Of a DNA stretch of 64,000 bases, positions 11,111 through 24,272 are shown piece by piece; position 1 is the stretch's first letter; each line of letters starts with the position of its first letter. The DNA lies in NCBI RefSeq assembly GCF_035084215.1, contig NC_090342.1, forward strand, positions 47,864,001 to 47,928,000, in the 5' to 3' direction. Source of the stretch: Heptranchias perlo (Eukaryota). The notes beneath the pieces were generated by a model. That model was not told where the DNA came from. It worked only from the letters and a program-made list of their open reading frames with translations, and searched no databases. A program made the translations under genes and the position numbers.

Positions 11111-12724
11111 TTCACCTCTCCCCTCTCCTCCTTCCCCACCCCCCCCCCCCCCCCGTCCCACATTCCTCAGTCTCACTTCTACCTGAGCCCGAGCACTGTT
11201 GCTAATAGACTGGACTGGGCCTTGCCCACTCAGTGCAGATCTACCGTTAAAGAAAGTGATACCGAGCACCCAATGCTGTATGCTGGAATTAATGTTCTTG
11301 TGAGAATTCCCGTTCTTGTGAGAATTCCCACCTGTGGTACACAGCAACCATAACAGCTTTTGTTGGCATTGAGAGGAGTATGGCGTGGTCCGATCCATCA
11401 ACAGGCAGATTTAGGTAAAGGTGGCACTGAGTAGACAGGGGCTTGATCCACACTCATTTTTGACAGCAAATGCAGAGTGGGCCCCCAAAATGCTATCAGC
11501 ACTGACAGTTATTGTATATGCAGGTCTTATGATCTACATATGCATGCATTCCTCTAAAGCCATCGTACTTATTGCGGGGGGGGGGGGGGATTCTTTCAAA
11601 TACTCCCACCAGCATTTTTCATCCTTTCCTGTTTGATAGCTCCAGCCGTAGTGATTCCACCTGCGGATTACACGCCTTTTGATCATTTCCTTTCACTGGA
11701 TTGGCGGCTAAATAGAATGCACTTTTGGCCATGCAGCCTCCCTCCTCCCAACTTCAGTCCCAGCTCCTGCTCGTTTTAAGTTTGAAGTGTGCTTTTTAAT
11801 CTCGGGGACAATTCTTGCCGTCCATTCAGTCATTGAGCTAGTGTCACCCTTCCAATGTTAAATGTGCCAGCTCTGTCTGGGGAAGAGCGGATGGTCATTG
11901 GCATCAACATCAGCAAGCATTTATATAGCGTCTTTAATGTAGAAAACGACCTGTTTCTAGAGGCATTTTACAGGTAGCGGTTCTTGTTTTAGGCTGATGT
12001 AAGTTTGATACTGTCTTCAGAATAAGCTACTGAAGCTTATAAAGGCTGTGCCATCGCTCTGCGCCTATAGGAAGTGCACTTTTCAAAGCTAGCGCCTCTA
12101 TTCAGATTACTGACGTATGCGGACCTCTGGCACTCTGCTGTATTTGTTTTAGGCTGGCTCTTAGTGCTGCCTGCACCTAATATGCTTCTAACATTATGCT
12201 GAATTTGTTTCATGTAGGTAAGTATTTCTGTTGCTACTGACGACTGCTACAGATCGATGAATTAGGATGACTCAGTCGTCAGTCCGATTGGGCTTCACTG
12301 TAAAACATTAGTATAGGAGCTTGACCTTGTCATAGGATTTCTGCAAAGATATTTGAGAGAAAACGGAGCTGTGGTTCAATGTGCAGTCAGTGATTAGTAA
12401 TATTTACAAGACTTTGTGAAATGCATTCCAGCTGGGATATTGAATTATTTGGAGTTTGTTCTTCTGTCTCTTGTCATCTTTTATTTCATTGCAAATTATG
12501 CAATTATTTTCTCAGTGGAATCTCCAAATCTGTTTTTTTGTTGTTTCTCAAGCCATTCTGCAAAGGGCATGTTCTGGGTTTGTACAGTTTTTTTTTTACA
12601 ATTCTTAGTTGCCGTGTAAAATGTTATTAGTGTGCAGTGAAAGATTTTCAGCTTTCAAAATGTGCACATTTTTGTAACAAATCTCTGCATACATCTGAAA
12701 GTTATGTTGTAGAATAGAAGGAAA

Positions 12725-13093
12725 ATCCCTCCATGGCCTCGCACCCCCCCCCCCCCCATCTCTGTAACCTCCTCCAGCCCTACAACCCTCCAACAAGTCT
12801 GCATTGCTCTAACTTTGGCCTCTTGTGTATCCCCCACTTCCTTTGTCCCACCTTTGGCGACTGTGCCCTCTGTCATCTAGGCCCAGAGCTCTGGAAATCC
12901 CTCCCTAAATCTCCATCTCGCTCTCCTCCTTTAAGACGCTCCTTGAAATCTACCTCTTTAACCAAGCTTTTAGTCAACAGTCCTAATATTTTCTTCAATG
13001 GCATGGTGTAAATTTTGTCTGATTATGCCTCTGTGAAACGCCTTGAGGTGTTTTACAATGTTAAAGGCGCTATATAAATGCAAGTTGTTGTTG
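12725..13093 (+). mobile_element. L2 3' fragment
   Basis: Homologous to 6240-8297; ends aaaggcgctatataaatgcaagttgttgttg. Confidence 0.85.
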
Positions 13094-13886
13094 AAATGTA
13101 GAAATTATTAAAATGCCTAATTTATCACATTCTTGATTTTTCAAATTTTGATGCAGAAGTGCTCAATGGACTAAAGGAACTAATAATTTTGAGCACGAAT
13201 CCTTTACATGCAACAGTAACAACAGCTTGCATATATATCACACCTTGCACGTAGCAAAGCAAATCAGAGGATAAATGGTTGCCAAGCAGTAATGGAAAAG
13301 CTAGGAGAGATGGCTGAAGCATGGTCAAAGGGAACAGAAGGTAGGAACATAAATAGGAAGGTGGAGAGGTTTATGAAGGAAGTTCGACAGTACAGTCAAG
13401 ATTCAAGTCACTAATATATTGAAGGGAGCCTGAGAATCCATAGACAGAACACCGAAGGGACGTAGGGTTGAAGGGAATTGCAGATATAGGAAAGGATTTG
13501 TAAATAAGGGTGACGCAATTGAATTCTTTGGGCACAGGGAGTCAACATTGGTCGGATAAGACTGGGATGATGGGTGAGCAGCACAGGATGTAGCGGGCAG
13601 AAAGAAAGGCAAGAGAAGTAGGAAGACGGGGGTAAGGGGAAAGAAGGTGACTGTTGAAATCGCTGACAATCAGGAGTTGCTCAGTGCGAAGTAAGGGAGG
13701 AGATTTCTTTTTTTAAAAAAATCCACAGTGGGTCTTTCAGGAGTGCTGGATAATGTGGGCTTTAAAGCTGGAATGGAAAACTGTTTGGTGCTCCAACAAG
13801 ACAAAGTTGCCAAAGAAGGAGGCTGAGATGGGATCTAGTGGTAATAGCCATGCTGCCGCCATGGCAGTTTGGGTGGGGTGCATGAT

Positions 13887-16245
13887 GAACATAAGAACAG
13901 GAGTAAGCCATTGAGCCCCTCGAGCCTTTTCCGCCAGTCAATGAGATCATGGCTGATCTGTATCCTAACTCCATCTACCCGCCTTGGCTCCATAACCCTT
14001 AATACCCTTGGTAGCAAAAATCTGTTGATCTCAGATTTAAAATTATAAATTGAGCTTGCACCGACTGCTTTTTGTGGGAGGGAGTTCCACACTTCTTCTG
14101 CCCTTTGTTTGAAGAAGTGTTTCCTAACTTCTATCCTGAATGTCCTGATTCTGATTTTAAGGTTATGTCCTCTTGTCCTAGAATCCCCCGCCAACGGAAA
14201 AAGTTTCTCTCTGTCTACCCTATCAATTCCTTTCAAAATCCTAAAAACCTCAATCAAATCACCCCATAAACTAGGCTTATATTCCCTGGAATATAGAAGG
14301 TTATGTAATCTCTCCTCATAGCCTAACCCTTGGAGCCTTGATAGTATTCTGGTGAATCTGCGCTGCACTCCTTCCAAGGCCAATATACCCTTTCTAAGAT
14401 GTGGTGCCCACAACTGTACACAGTACTCCAGATTTGGCCTAACTGGGGCTTTGTTTAGCTGTAGAAAAACTTCCTCCCCTTTATAATCTAGCCTTCTAGT
14501 TATAAAGGCTAACATTCCATTAGCCTTTTTGATTATTTTTTGTACCTGACTACTACATTTTAGTGATCTGCGTACATAGACCTCTAAATCTCTTTGGACC
14601 GCCGTTGCTTCTAGTTTTTCACCATTTAAGAAATACTCAGATCTATCCTTTCTGGGGCCATAATGGATGACTTCACACTTACCTGCGTTGAAATCCATCT
14701 GCCACAATTTTGCCCACTCACTTAATCTATCAATGTCTCTTCATAATTTTATGCTACCATTTACACTACTTACTATGCCACCTATCTTTTTGTTATGGGA
14801 AAACTTGGTTATATGGCTGTCTCTTGTGTTAGAATCATAGAATCGTTACAGCACAGAAGGAGGCCATTCGGCTCATCGAGCCTAGGGCTGGCTCTTTTTA
14901 AGAGCAATCCAGTTAGTCCCATTCCCCTGCTCTTTCCTGGTAGCCCTGCAAATTTTTTCTCTTCAAATATTTATCCAATTCCTTTTTGAAAGCCATGATT
15001 GAATCTACATCCACCACCCTCTCAGGCAGTGCATTCCAGATCATAACTAAAAAAGTTTTTTAAAGTTTTTACTTTCGTCACCTTTGGTTCTTTTGCCAAT
15101 CACCTTAAATTTGTGTCCTCTAGTTGTCAACCCTTCCACCAATGGGAATAGTTTCTCTTTATTTACTTTATCAAAACCAGTCATAATTTTAAACACTTCT
15201 ATCAAATCTCCTCTGAACCTTCTCTGCTCTAAGGAGAACAACTGCAGCTTCTCCAGTCTATCCACATAACTGAAGTCCTTCATCCCTGGAACTATTCTTG
15301 TAAATCTTTTCAGCACCCCCTCTAATGCCTTCACATCCTTCCTAAAGTGCAGTGCCCAGAATTGGACAAACTACTCCAGTTGTGGCTGAACCAGTGTTTT
15401 ATAAAGGTTCAACATAATTTCCTTACTTTTGTACTCTATGCTTCTATTTATAAAGTCCAGGATTCCGTATGCTTTTTTAACCACTTTCTCAACCTGTCCT
15501 GCCACCTTCAAAGATTTTGCACATATATCCCCAGGTGTCTCTGTTCCTGCACCCCCTTTAGAATTGTACCCTTTAGTTTATAGTGCCTCTTCTCGTTCTT
15601 CCTGCCAAAATGTATCACTTTGCACTTCTCTGCATTAAATTTCATCTGCCATGTGTCCGCCCATTCCACTAGCCTGTCTATGTTTTCTTGAAGTCTATTA
15701 CTATCCTCCTCATTGTTTACTACACTTGCAAGTTTTGTGTCAGCTGCAAATTTTGAAATTGTGCCCTGTACACCCAAGTCCAAGTTATCCAAGTCATTAA
15801 TAAATATAGTGACTAGTTGAGGCCCCAGCACAGATCCTTGTGGGACACCACTAGTCACTTCCTTCCAATTCGAGTACATCCCCATTATCCCTACACTCTG
15901 TCTTCTACCGCCTTACCAATCTCTTAACCAGTTCAACAATTTGCTTCAAGTCCATGAGCTTTAATTTTAGCTAACAGTTTCTTATGTGGCACCTTATTGA
16001 ATGCCTTATGGACATCCATACAAACTGCATCCACAGACATTCCCCAGTCTACTACTTTTAGTTACTTCCTCAAAAAATTCAATTAGGTTCGTTAGACATG
16101 ACCTGCCCATTCCAAATCCAAGTTGGGTCTGTTTAATCAGCTCAGATTTCTCTAAGTGCTCAGTCACTCTGTCCTTAAATATAGATTCCAATAACTTCCC
16201 CAAATAGGTCTATAATTTCCTGGTTTCTCTTTCTCACCTTTCTTT
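13887..16245 (-). mobile_element. CR1 ORF2 3' half, interrupted at 14831-15783
   Basis: ORFs 16006 (GKLLESI..SCLTNLIEFFE), 15508 (GVPQGSVLGP) and 13835 (WQMDFN..LVRP-like, LEYCVQLW); tail gaacataagaacagg at 13887. Confidence 0.9.
14831..15783 (-). mobile_element. Second CR1 subfamily copy nested in the CR1 above
   Basis: Own tail agaatcatagaatc at 14831; ORFs 15047 and 15508; 3-bp repeat GTT at 14828-14830 and 15784-15786. Confidence 0.88.
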
Positions 16246-18670
16246 GTTTGTAGCTGGGTGGGGTGGTTTCAGTGAAGGGGAAGGAGTTACCATTTAAGAT
16301 CCAGATTTTGCTTAGGGAGAAGATAATGATTTGAGATTGTAGATGGTGAGGGCCTTGTTCACATGACAGCAAGCATTCTGGGGGATGGCCCAGAGCAAGC
16401 CTGTGGATGAAGCAGGGGGAAGCTGTACACATGTCCTGGAGGGATTTGAGTTTAGCAGTCCTGGCAGCAGAGGGATTTGACGGGCATAATTTCGAGTGGA
16501 GTGGGGGACCAAAAGGGTCGTGTCGCAGGACACAATGAAGTGAGGGCGGGAGTGGGAGTATGGGCATCAGAAGCTGGGGGTGCAGAGTGAGCCAAGGGAT
16601 GGCCAGCAGAGGGTTAGAGCAACTCTGGTCTAGAGCAGCAGCAAGTTTCAATATGCAAAGAGACGCAATGATAAAAGCTTAGATGGTTAATGTATAAGAT
16701 GCAGAAAAAACTAAACATGGCTATGGAGGCCTGGGAAAATGGCAGTTGGAAATCCAAGGCTGGATTAAATGTTGTTGGAATAACCCGGCATGTCCTGAGG
16801 CTGAGGTGCAAGCCTGGTGTGGTGACTGAGGACCGGGGCCTAATTTTTGGTTGACTAGCGAGGTCTGGCCAGTGGACAGAAAGTAGGGGATGATCCAGTG
16901 TTGTCTAGCAGTCAGTGATCCATTTTTTTTCTATTTTTCGATCATCAACTGACTAGCAATTGGGAAATTTTGTACTCTGCATTGCCTTGTGTGTAGGGTC
17001 ATTCATAGGAATGTTGTCCAATGTTTGAAGCTGTTCAAAACAGAAACTTTTTTTCAGCTGTATTGTGCAAGACCCTGTATTAGATGAAATTACTTCAGAA
17101 AATACCCTCAGTGCCGCATGTGCAAAATTCCATGAAATAGAAGTGTTAAATATATTCGATCCTCCCACCCTCATTGTTAAAACAATAGTAATTTTTACTG
17201 GCTTCAGATTTCCAAATGATAAAACCATAATGGGAAGCGTGCAATTATTGAAGCACACAGCAACAGTTCATTAAAGAATATGTACTAAAGATACATGTAT
17301 GATGTACCTGCTTTGAGCATCACAGACATGCTTAAAGATGCAAGTTCTTTTCATTCCATTCCTTTTTTTTTATTTTTGGAAATTTTCAATTCATGTTGGT
17401 GAACTTCTTTCTGAAGTAGGTCATTTGGCCCATCGAACCCACTCCTTCCATTAGCCTAGGGTTTTCCAAGCTGTGGCCAATGAGCCACACGTTACCACCA
17501 AACCCTAGATTCGGGCCCTTGAAGTCCAGTCCTATTTGTGCTTATATTTCTTGCTCGCTGGTTTGTCCTGTTTGAATTTTGTGAGCTTGGATGTTTGGAA
17601 AGGGGAGTTCTTAGCGCTGTTGTCTCATTTGTGGATAAAACCCAAATCCGAACACCAAAATCTTTTGTATTAGCAGCTTGAGATATATGCAAGGAGTTTA
17701 AACTTTGTACATAGCCCAGAGGCTCTCCTGTGAACATCTATGCAACCCATGACAGAAAGCATGGACAGCACTGCGTTAGACCGTGTACTTTACTTATCCG
17801 GTGAAGGAATTGAATAACCATTGCTTAAAAAGCAGCTAGAGCTCTACAAGGTTCCTCCATGCCCATCAGGAAAACCAAAAACTGCAGGTCATTAATTAAA
17901 CATTAGTATATGAATTATTCAGTGCTAATCAATTGCAGATGAGATTCCCATGGGCCGAGCATGAGGTTCCATTGAATTTTTGATGGTCATTTAACCATCA
18001 ACTCTTGTTAATATACATATTCACCCAGGTCCATTTCAAAGGACATAATTAATGCAGTTTACTCGCAGATATCTGCTGTTCTTTGAGGAGCCAGGGAGGG
18101 AAGGAACTTCTGATATTTTGTCCTGCTCGAGGCTTGTTAATTCTGTTCTCCTACTTTGCAGATTAAATTCTAAAGTAAATAACCAATTTGCACCTGTATT
18201 ATCTTTGCCTTTCAGCATTTCAAATACTTGGATCATGTCCCCATGAAATCATCTTCCCAGTAGAAACAATTTCAGTCTGTGAACCTATATTTCAAGGGCT
18301 GGTTTCACGAGAATGGAGCCACGTCTGCCTGCCAGTGCTGCAATTTCACCCAGCACCATTCTTTTTCAGGTACCAGGCACAACTTGGAGCTGGTTACCCC
18401 AGCAGCACCTCCTGTGACCCCTGAAAAGTGCATGTCTGTTGCTGCTAGAACAAGGGAGCTCAGCAAGTTTATATTACTAATGGTACCATCGGCTGAAGTA
18501 CTTAAATCCAAAAGATCCTTGAATTCACCGCTCAGACTATAAGTCTTGGAATTTGCCAATCAGGGTTGAAGAAGAAATGTGTTTACATACTGTAAGACTT
18601 TTCAAAATAAAGGTTAGGCAGAGGTACATTTTCATGGGTCAGCTTACAAGAAGGAAGAAGTCAGGGGCAC

Positions 18671-19278
18671 ATGAACAGGAGTAGGCCATTCAGCCCCCTC
18701 GAACCTGTTCAGCCATTCAGATAGATCATGGCTGATCTGTACCTCAACTCCATTTACCTGCCTTTGACCCATATCCCTTGATACCTTTACCCAACAAAAA
18801 TCTATCGATCTTGGTCTTGAAAGCTTCAATTGTTGCAGCATCCACAGCCTTTCGGGGGGAGAGTACCAGATTTCCACTGCACTTTGTGTAAAAAAAGTGC
18901 TTCCTGATTTCACTCCTAAACGGCCTAGGTCTAATTTTAAGATTCCGCCCTCTTGCTGTGGATTCCCCAATAAGAGGAAATGGTTTCTCTGTATCTACAC
19001 CATCAAATCACTTCATAATTTTAAACACCTCGATTAGATCATTCCTCAGCCGTCTAAACTAAAGGGTACACAAGCTCCAGATAGAGTCTGACCAAGACTC
19101 TATGCAACCAAAGCATCACTTCCTCACTATTGTATTCCAACCCCCTTGAGATAAAGGCCAACATTCCATTAGGCCTCTTTTTGATTTCTTTTTGTATCTC
19201 TGCATTAGCTTTTAGTGATTTGTGTACATGGACACCTAAATCCCTTTCCACCTCCATAGCTCCTAGTCTCTCATCTTG
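18671..19278 (-). mobile_element. CR1 3' fragment with internal deletion
   Basis: CR1 tail at 18671; ORF 19054 ERDLGVHVHKSLK..NGMLAFISRGLEY. Confidence 0.88.
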
Positions 19279-20406
19279 TTATAAATGGCCCCTTCGTTGT
19301 TTAGAAGGCAATTCTTTAATTCAGGAGTGCCCATGGGCCACTTAGTTAATACCTTTAAGCCTCAGGGGGGCACATATAAACTTTAAGTCCTATTAATTTG
19401 CATATATCTCAAGTTGCTGATACTAATAGGTTTTAGTGTTCAGATGTATCTACTAATTAGCTAACAGTGCTAAGAACTGCTCTTTCCAAACTTCCAGGCT
19501 TTCAAAATTCAACAGGACAACCTATCAGTGAGGAATATAAGCGCAAATAGAATTGAGTTGACTGGGTTCATTGGTTGGATTGCCACGGCTTGCTGGCTGG
19601 AAATGGTCTACAGGTCACTGGTCTGGACAGTCTTGTTCTAATCTGTGATTCTATCTACTGTGTGGCGAGGGGAGGTGGGCAGGGATTATCAGGATCAATT
19701 TTGAAGTTTAAGAGTATATCTACTATTATCTGTATTATGTTGAAATAATGCAGGTAGAAGTATATTACATCAAACAATGCCCAAAGCTACAAGAACAAAA
19801 CTTGAGTTGTTTCTCAACATTGCAATGTGTCATGTCTGCAAAAACAAAAGCACTGCTAGCAACGTAGATAGTGTGTGCAGTTATGCACAGTTGGAATTTT
19901 GTTCCATCTCTGTTGGTGGGGGGTTGTGAACACAAGGTGTCTGCGACTGAATCGAAGTACCACTGCACGAAAACCTCACTTCATTATAAGGTGAACTTCA
20001 CTGTACACTGTTGCAAATGACTTCTACTCATGTTATTCTTTATTAAAGTATTCCTTTTTGTGCTATTTCAGTCTCTTTTTTTACATGCCTGGTTATTTTC
20101 CCTCTGCAAATGTGCCCTATGCCAGCTGGCACCCATGACTCCACTGTGACCAATCCCCAATAATTGCAGCCTAAATGGAGATTTAGAAGATGGATAGAAA
20201 ACAGTTTGATCATTTTCAGCTGTTCCCACTCCACTGAGATCTCCCACGTAGTCTTGATGCCCTTTGCATATTACTTAAACAAGCCTAACAATTGGCAAGA
20301 TCTTTTGTACCAAAATGGTGAATGGGGCAAGTAGCAATTCGGGTTGCCAGCTTTTTACCCAATCCAGAACTGGGTACAGGAAATAGATCTCTACAAGGGC
20401 AGGAGT

Positions 20407-20703
20407 TAGGGTTGCAACCCTCCAGGATTGTCCTGGAGTCTCCACGAATTGAAGATTAATCTCCAGGGTACTGCTGCAAGTAACCTGGGTGAAAATGATA
20501 GCATTATAAAAATGTGTTCATTTCATTTTCTTTTAATACTTTCATTTATTAGTTAGAATACTATTAGAGATGAGGAAAAAAGGCTGTTTGACTAATAGTC
20601 AAGAATCATCCAATCGGGTGTTGACTTTCCATTTCGAGTAGGAAGGCAGGAGGTCTTGTGATGAAACCCCCAGGAATATATCCAACCAGAGTTGGCAACC
20701 CTA
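20407..20703. mobile_element. Non-autonomous hAT-type DNA transposon (MITE)
   Basis: Termini tagggttgca / tggcaacccta; 8-bp flanks gcaggagt / gcttgagt (6/8); right end is the reverse complement of the left end of 44859. Confidence 0.75.
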
Positions 20704-20992
20704 GCTTGAGTCTTGATTACAAGAAAGTGCCATTGCTGTGATCTGTGGCTGCTTCTTCACCACAAAGTGAACGAACTTCACTTTCTAATCGGAATGAGGA
20801 AGGACAAACCCAGCAGTTCATGCACAATCATTTCAAATCCAGAATTTTGCTCTATAGTTACCCAGTTATCAAAATTACCAGATGGACTGGACTGGAATAT
20901 ATATGAAAAGCTTGTAACTAAAATGCAAATCAAACATTATAGCTTTATAAGCCAGGAAATGAGGAACTGTGTAGCAGCACTGTAATTTACAG

Positions 20993-21935
20993 CAACAACA
21001 GCTTGCACTTATATGAGCACCTTTTAAGAGTTAAACCTCCCGAGGTGCTTTACAAAGAGGAAACTGGACACCGAGCAGATACCAAAGGCATGGTTGAAGA
21101 GGTAACCTTTTGAAAGTAGGGAGAGACATGTCAAGGCAGAAACTATGGGAAGGGAATTCCAGAGTGCTGGGGCATGATGTTAAGGTTTTGCCACTGATTG
21201 TGGAGCTGAGAGAGGGATGGCTGCAAAGTGGCCAAAATCACGAGCAGCGAGTGAGAACTGGGCCACAAGGCTGGAAAAGGTGGCATAAGTGGGGTGGGGT
21301 GGGGTGGGGTGGGGAAGGCCATGTAGAGATTTAGATGAGTGTGTGAATTGATTCTATCCCCAACGTTGTGGGGATAGAAAGCCTTTGGAGGTTGGCGAAG
21401 GCGGGTCTGATAGGGGAGTGGGGCCTAGCTTAGGGTAGGATGCTGGCGGCGGTGTCCTGGATGAGCTTGAGTTTGTAAAGTGTGGAACTTGGGAGCAGAA
21501 AAGAGAACATTGGAGAGTCTGTAGGTGACAAAGGCATGAATGAGTGTTTCGGCAGCAGTGGGGGTGAGAAAGGGCAAAGGGAAGCAGTATAACAGCACGA
21601 GAAGTAAGCAATCTTGATGATGTAATAGGTGTGAGATTTGAAGTTCTGATCATGGTCAACCAAACCACCATAGTCTGGTTCGGCTTGAGCGAGCAGCCAG
21701 GATGTGGGATGGAATCGGGGAAAGGGAGGGGAGGTGCTAAGGTACAAAATTTCTGACGAGCCAAAAAGAATTGCTGCGGTCTTCCTGATGTGGAGCTGGA
21801 GGAAGTTTCAGCTCATCCACAGCTTGAAGTTGCCACAGGCAGTATGACAGCACAGCAAAAAAAGTTGGAGTGAGGGGTGTTGGCAGGGAGGAGATTACCG
21901 GCGTATGTATGGAAGCTGACCCCATGCTTACAGGT
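20993..21935 (-). mobile_element. Old L2 3' portion
   Basis: Tail caacaacagcttgcacttatat; ORF 21430 ..LPSSTLYKLKLIQDTAASIL resembles the L2 ORF2 C-terminus. Confidence 0.7.
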
Positions 21936-22324
21936 GATGTTCATCTGGAAGAAACATTTGGGTTCAAATACTTAGTGCACTGAAGATACTAGAGTGTAGT
22001 AATGTTGGACAGGTGATGATTCAAACAGGACAAGGTGTTTCTACCCATTGGTTATAACTGGTTGGAAAACCTAGTGCTTATATTACTTTTAAAGAAAGTT
22101 TTCAGTCATAGCAAATCCAGGGGAAAGCTAGGGATAGTTATGAACCTGAACTTGAACCTCAGTTTCAGCTGATGCCAAACTGAATAAAACCAAGACTTTT
22201 TTATTTCTTTAACTAAGACTTGATTATATTGAGGTGCAGATTAGCCACAATAAAATTCACCACTTCACATCAATTCTGAGTAACTACATTATATTTTGAA
22301 TTAATCATCCTCATTGATCAATAG

Positions 22325-22487
22325 TAATTTTCAAAAGTGTATTGGATAAACACTTGAAGGGAAAAAATTTACAGGCCTATGGGAAAAGAGCAGGGAAGTG
22401 GGACTAATTGGATAGCTCTTTCAAAGAGCCGGCACAGGCACGATGGGCCGAATGGCTTCCTTCTGTGCTGTATGATACCATGATACT
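22325..22487 (+). mobile_element. CR1 3' tail fragment
   Basis: gatgggccgaatggcttccttctgtgctgtatgat; homologous to the 14831 tail. Confidence 0.75.
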
Positions 22488-22541
22488 ATTTAATTTTACT
22501 CCAGATGTGCTGCCATTTCGGACAATTGTGTCTGCATTGCA

Positions 22542-22997
22542 CACAACAACGTGCATTTATATAGCGCCTTTGGCAGAGTAAAATGTCCCAACGTGCTTCA
22601 CGAGCATAATGAGACAAAAATTCACATTAGGACGACATTAGGACAGGTGACCAAATGCTTGGTCAAAGAGGTTGATTTTAAGCAGCGTCTTGAAGGAGGA
22701 GAGGGAGGTGGTGTGACTAAGAGGTTTGGGGAGGGAATTCCAGAGTTGAGGGCCTAGACGGCTGAAGGCACGGAAGTGGGGGATGCACAAGAGGCCAGAG
22801 TTGAAGGAGTGCAGAGTTCATGGAGGGTTGTAGGGCTAGAGGAGGTTAGAGATAGGGAGGGATGAGACCATGGATGGATTTGAACTTGAGGATGAGAATT
22901 TGAAAATTGAGGGGTTCGTGAACCGGGAGCCATTGAAGGCCAGCGAGCACAAAGGTGATGGGTGAACGGGACTTCGTGCGAGTTAGGATACGAGCAC
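22542..22997 (-). mobile_element. L2 3' fragment
   Basis: caacaacgtgcatttatatagcgcc tail; reverse complement aligns with 6130-8297. Confidence 0.85.
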
Positions 22998-23739
22998 ACT
23001 TAGCTTTTGAACAAACCAGTCACAAAGTGAGCATATTGTGTTTTTTCCACTATCCCTGAGCACAAACCTGCAGTGCACTGCTGGTCTCTGCATCCGGAAA
23101 GAAGCCAGATTCGGTTATCTGGCACAGAAGTGGTGCTAGGGGTTTATGGAACATGTTACTGTTGGCAAAAGAAGAATGCGTCAATATGCAAGACGACATT
23201 AATAAACTTGCAGAATGGGCATGTAATTGGCAAATGAATTTCAATATAGGTAAGTGTGATGTGATGCATTTTGGTAGGAAGAATAAGGAAGCCACACACT
23301 GCTTGGATACTAAGGGGGGAAAATTGGATAGAGCCTGTTTTTGGGCGGGGGTAGCACGATCCGCTATTACCCCACGCCCAGTGGCCCCTGCATAGGCAGG
23401 ACGAGTCTTTTGTCACGCCTGAGCACTTACCTGCAATCTGCATTGGAAATCAGCATTGAACTCTGATTCAGTGCAATTTGCAATTTCTGCCAGTAGGGGG
23501 AGCTCCAATCTTTTAAAGGCAGGCTGTCTGTTAGAAATCTCTTAAAGGTAGGTAGTACCTGTTATTTGCTGAAAATAACAGTCTGCTGTCCGAACGGAGA
23601 TCAGACATCACACACGTAAAGAACAGATGCAGGTCCCGTCCCTATGTTTACACACTGATGAGTTATGTTAAAACATTGAATAAAGGTTGTGCACCACTAA
23701 ATTCTACATCCTCCAATCTGCACGCCAAACCTCACCAAT

Positions 23740-24265
23740 CTGAGTTTGTACCAGGCCTGCGAGAGTGCATGCACCAAGGTTCTCTGCTGATGCACCAGGG
23801 CTTTGATGCAAGAGCTGGACAGAAAGAGGGACATCCTATATCCGCTGTGGAGGAAGGGGGGGTGCGGCAAGGGGCCCTCCAGACATATACCGCCGAAAAG
23901 GCAGTAAGGGATGGAGTCAATGCCAGGCGCACAGCATCATGAAAAGGATGCAGTGCAGGAAGAAGTTCAAAGCTTTGACATGAGTGGTCAAGGTGAGTGA
24001 GGTCAACTGTCAAGTGGCGTCTCCTACCAACTGCACCACGCACTACACACCCCATCCCCCACTTACCAACAACTCTTTCCATTAGTACTCAACTCTTCCC
24101 ACCAGATGCTTCCTCTCACCCTTACACATTACCACTGTTCCAAGCCGCCCATCCACAACTCACAGGCCACACAAACTGGCAGCTATTTAACCATGACAGG
24201 CACATCACCCAGACACACGTCCTGCTTTCTTGCAGGAGAAGGTGGTGCATATCAAGAGGCAGCAA
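23740..24265 (+). pseudogene. Remnant of the Harbinger Myb/SANT-like DNA-binding gene with an intron (23993-24235)
   Basis: VNARR..MQCRKKFKALT*VVK, donor AAG|gtgagt, acceptor ctttcttgcag|, then EKVVHIKRQQ; stops and frameshifts present. Confidence 0.65.
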
Positions 24266-24272
24266 ATGGTGG

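Larger units (their letters stand above)
13225..16860 (-). mobile_element. Old, degraded L2-like element split by the CR1 nest at 13887-16245
   Basis: L2-type tail at 13225 (cagcttgcatatatatcacacc); degenerate APE-like blocks on both sides of the CR1 nest. Continuity of the two halves is inferred. Confidence 0.45.

Noticed and set aside
11294-11329. Perfect 18-bp tandem duplication gttcttgtgagaattccc
   Set aside because: Ordinary slippage or repair duplication with no further structure.
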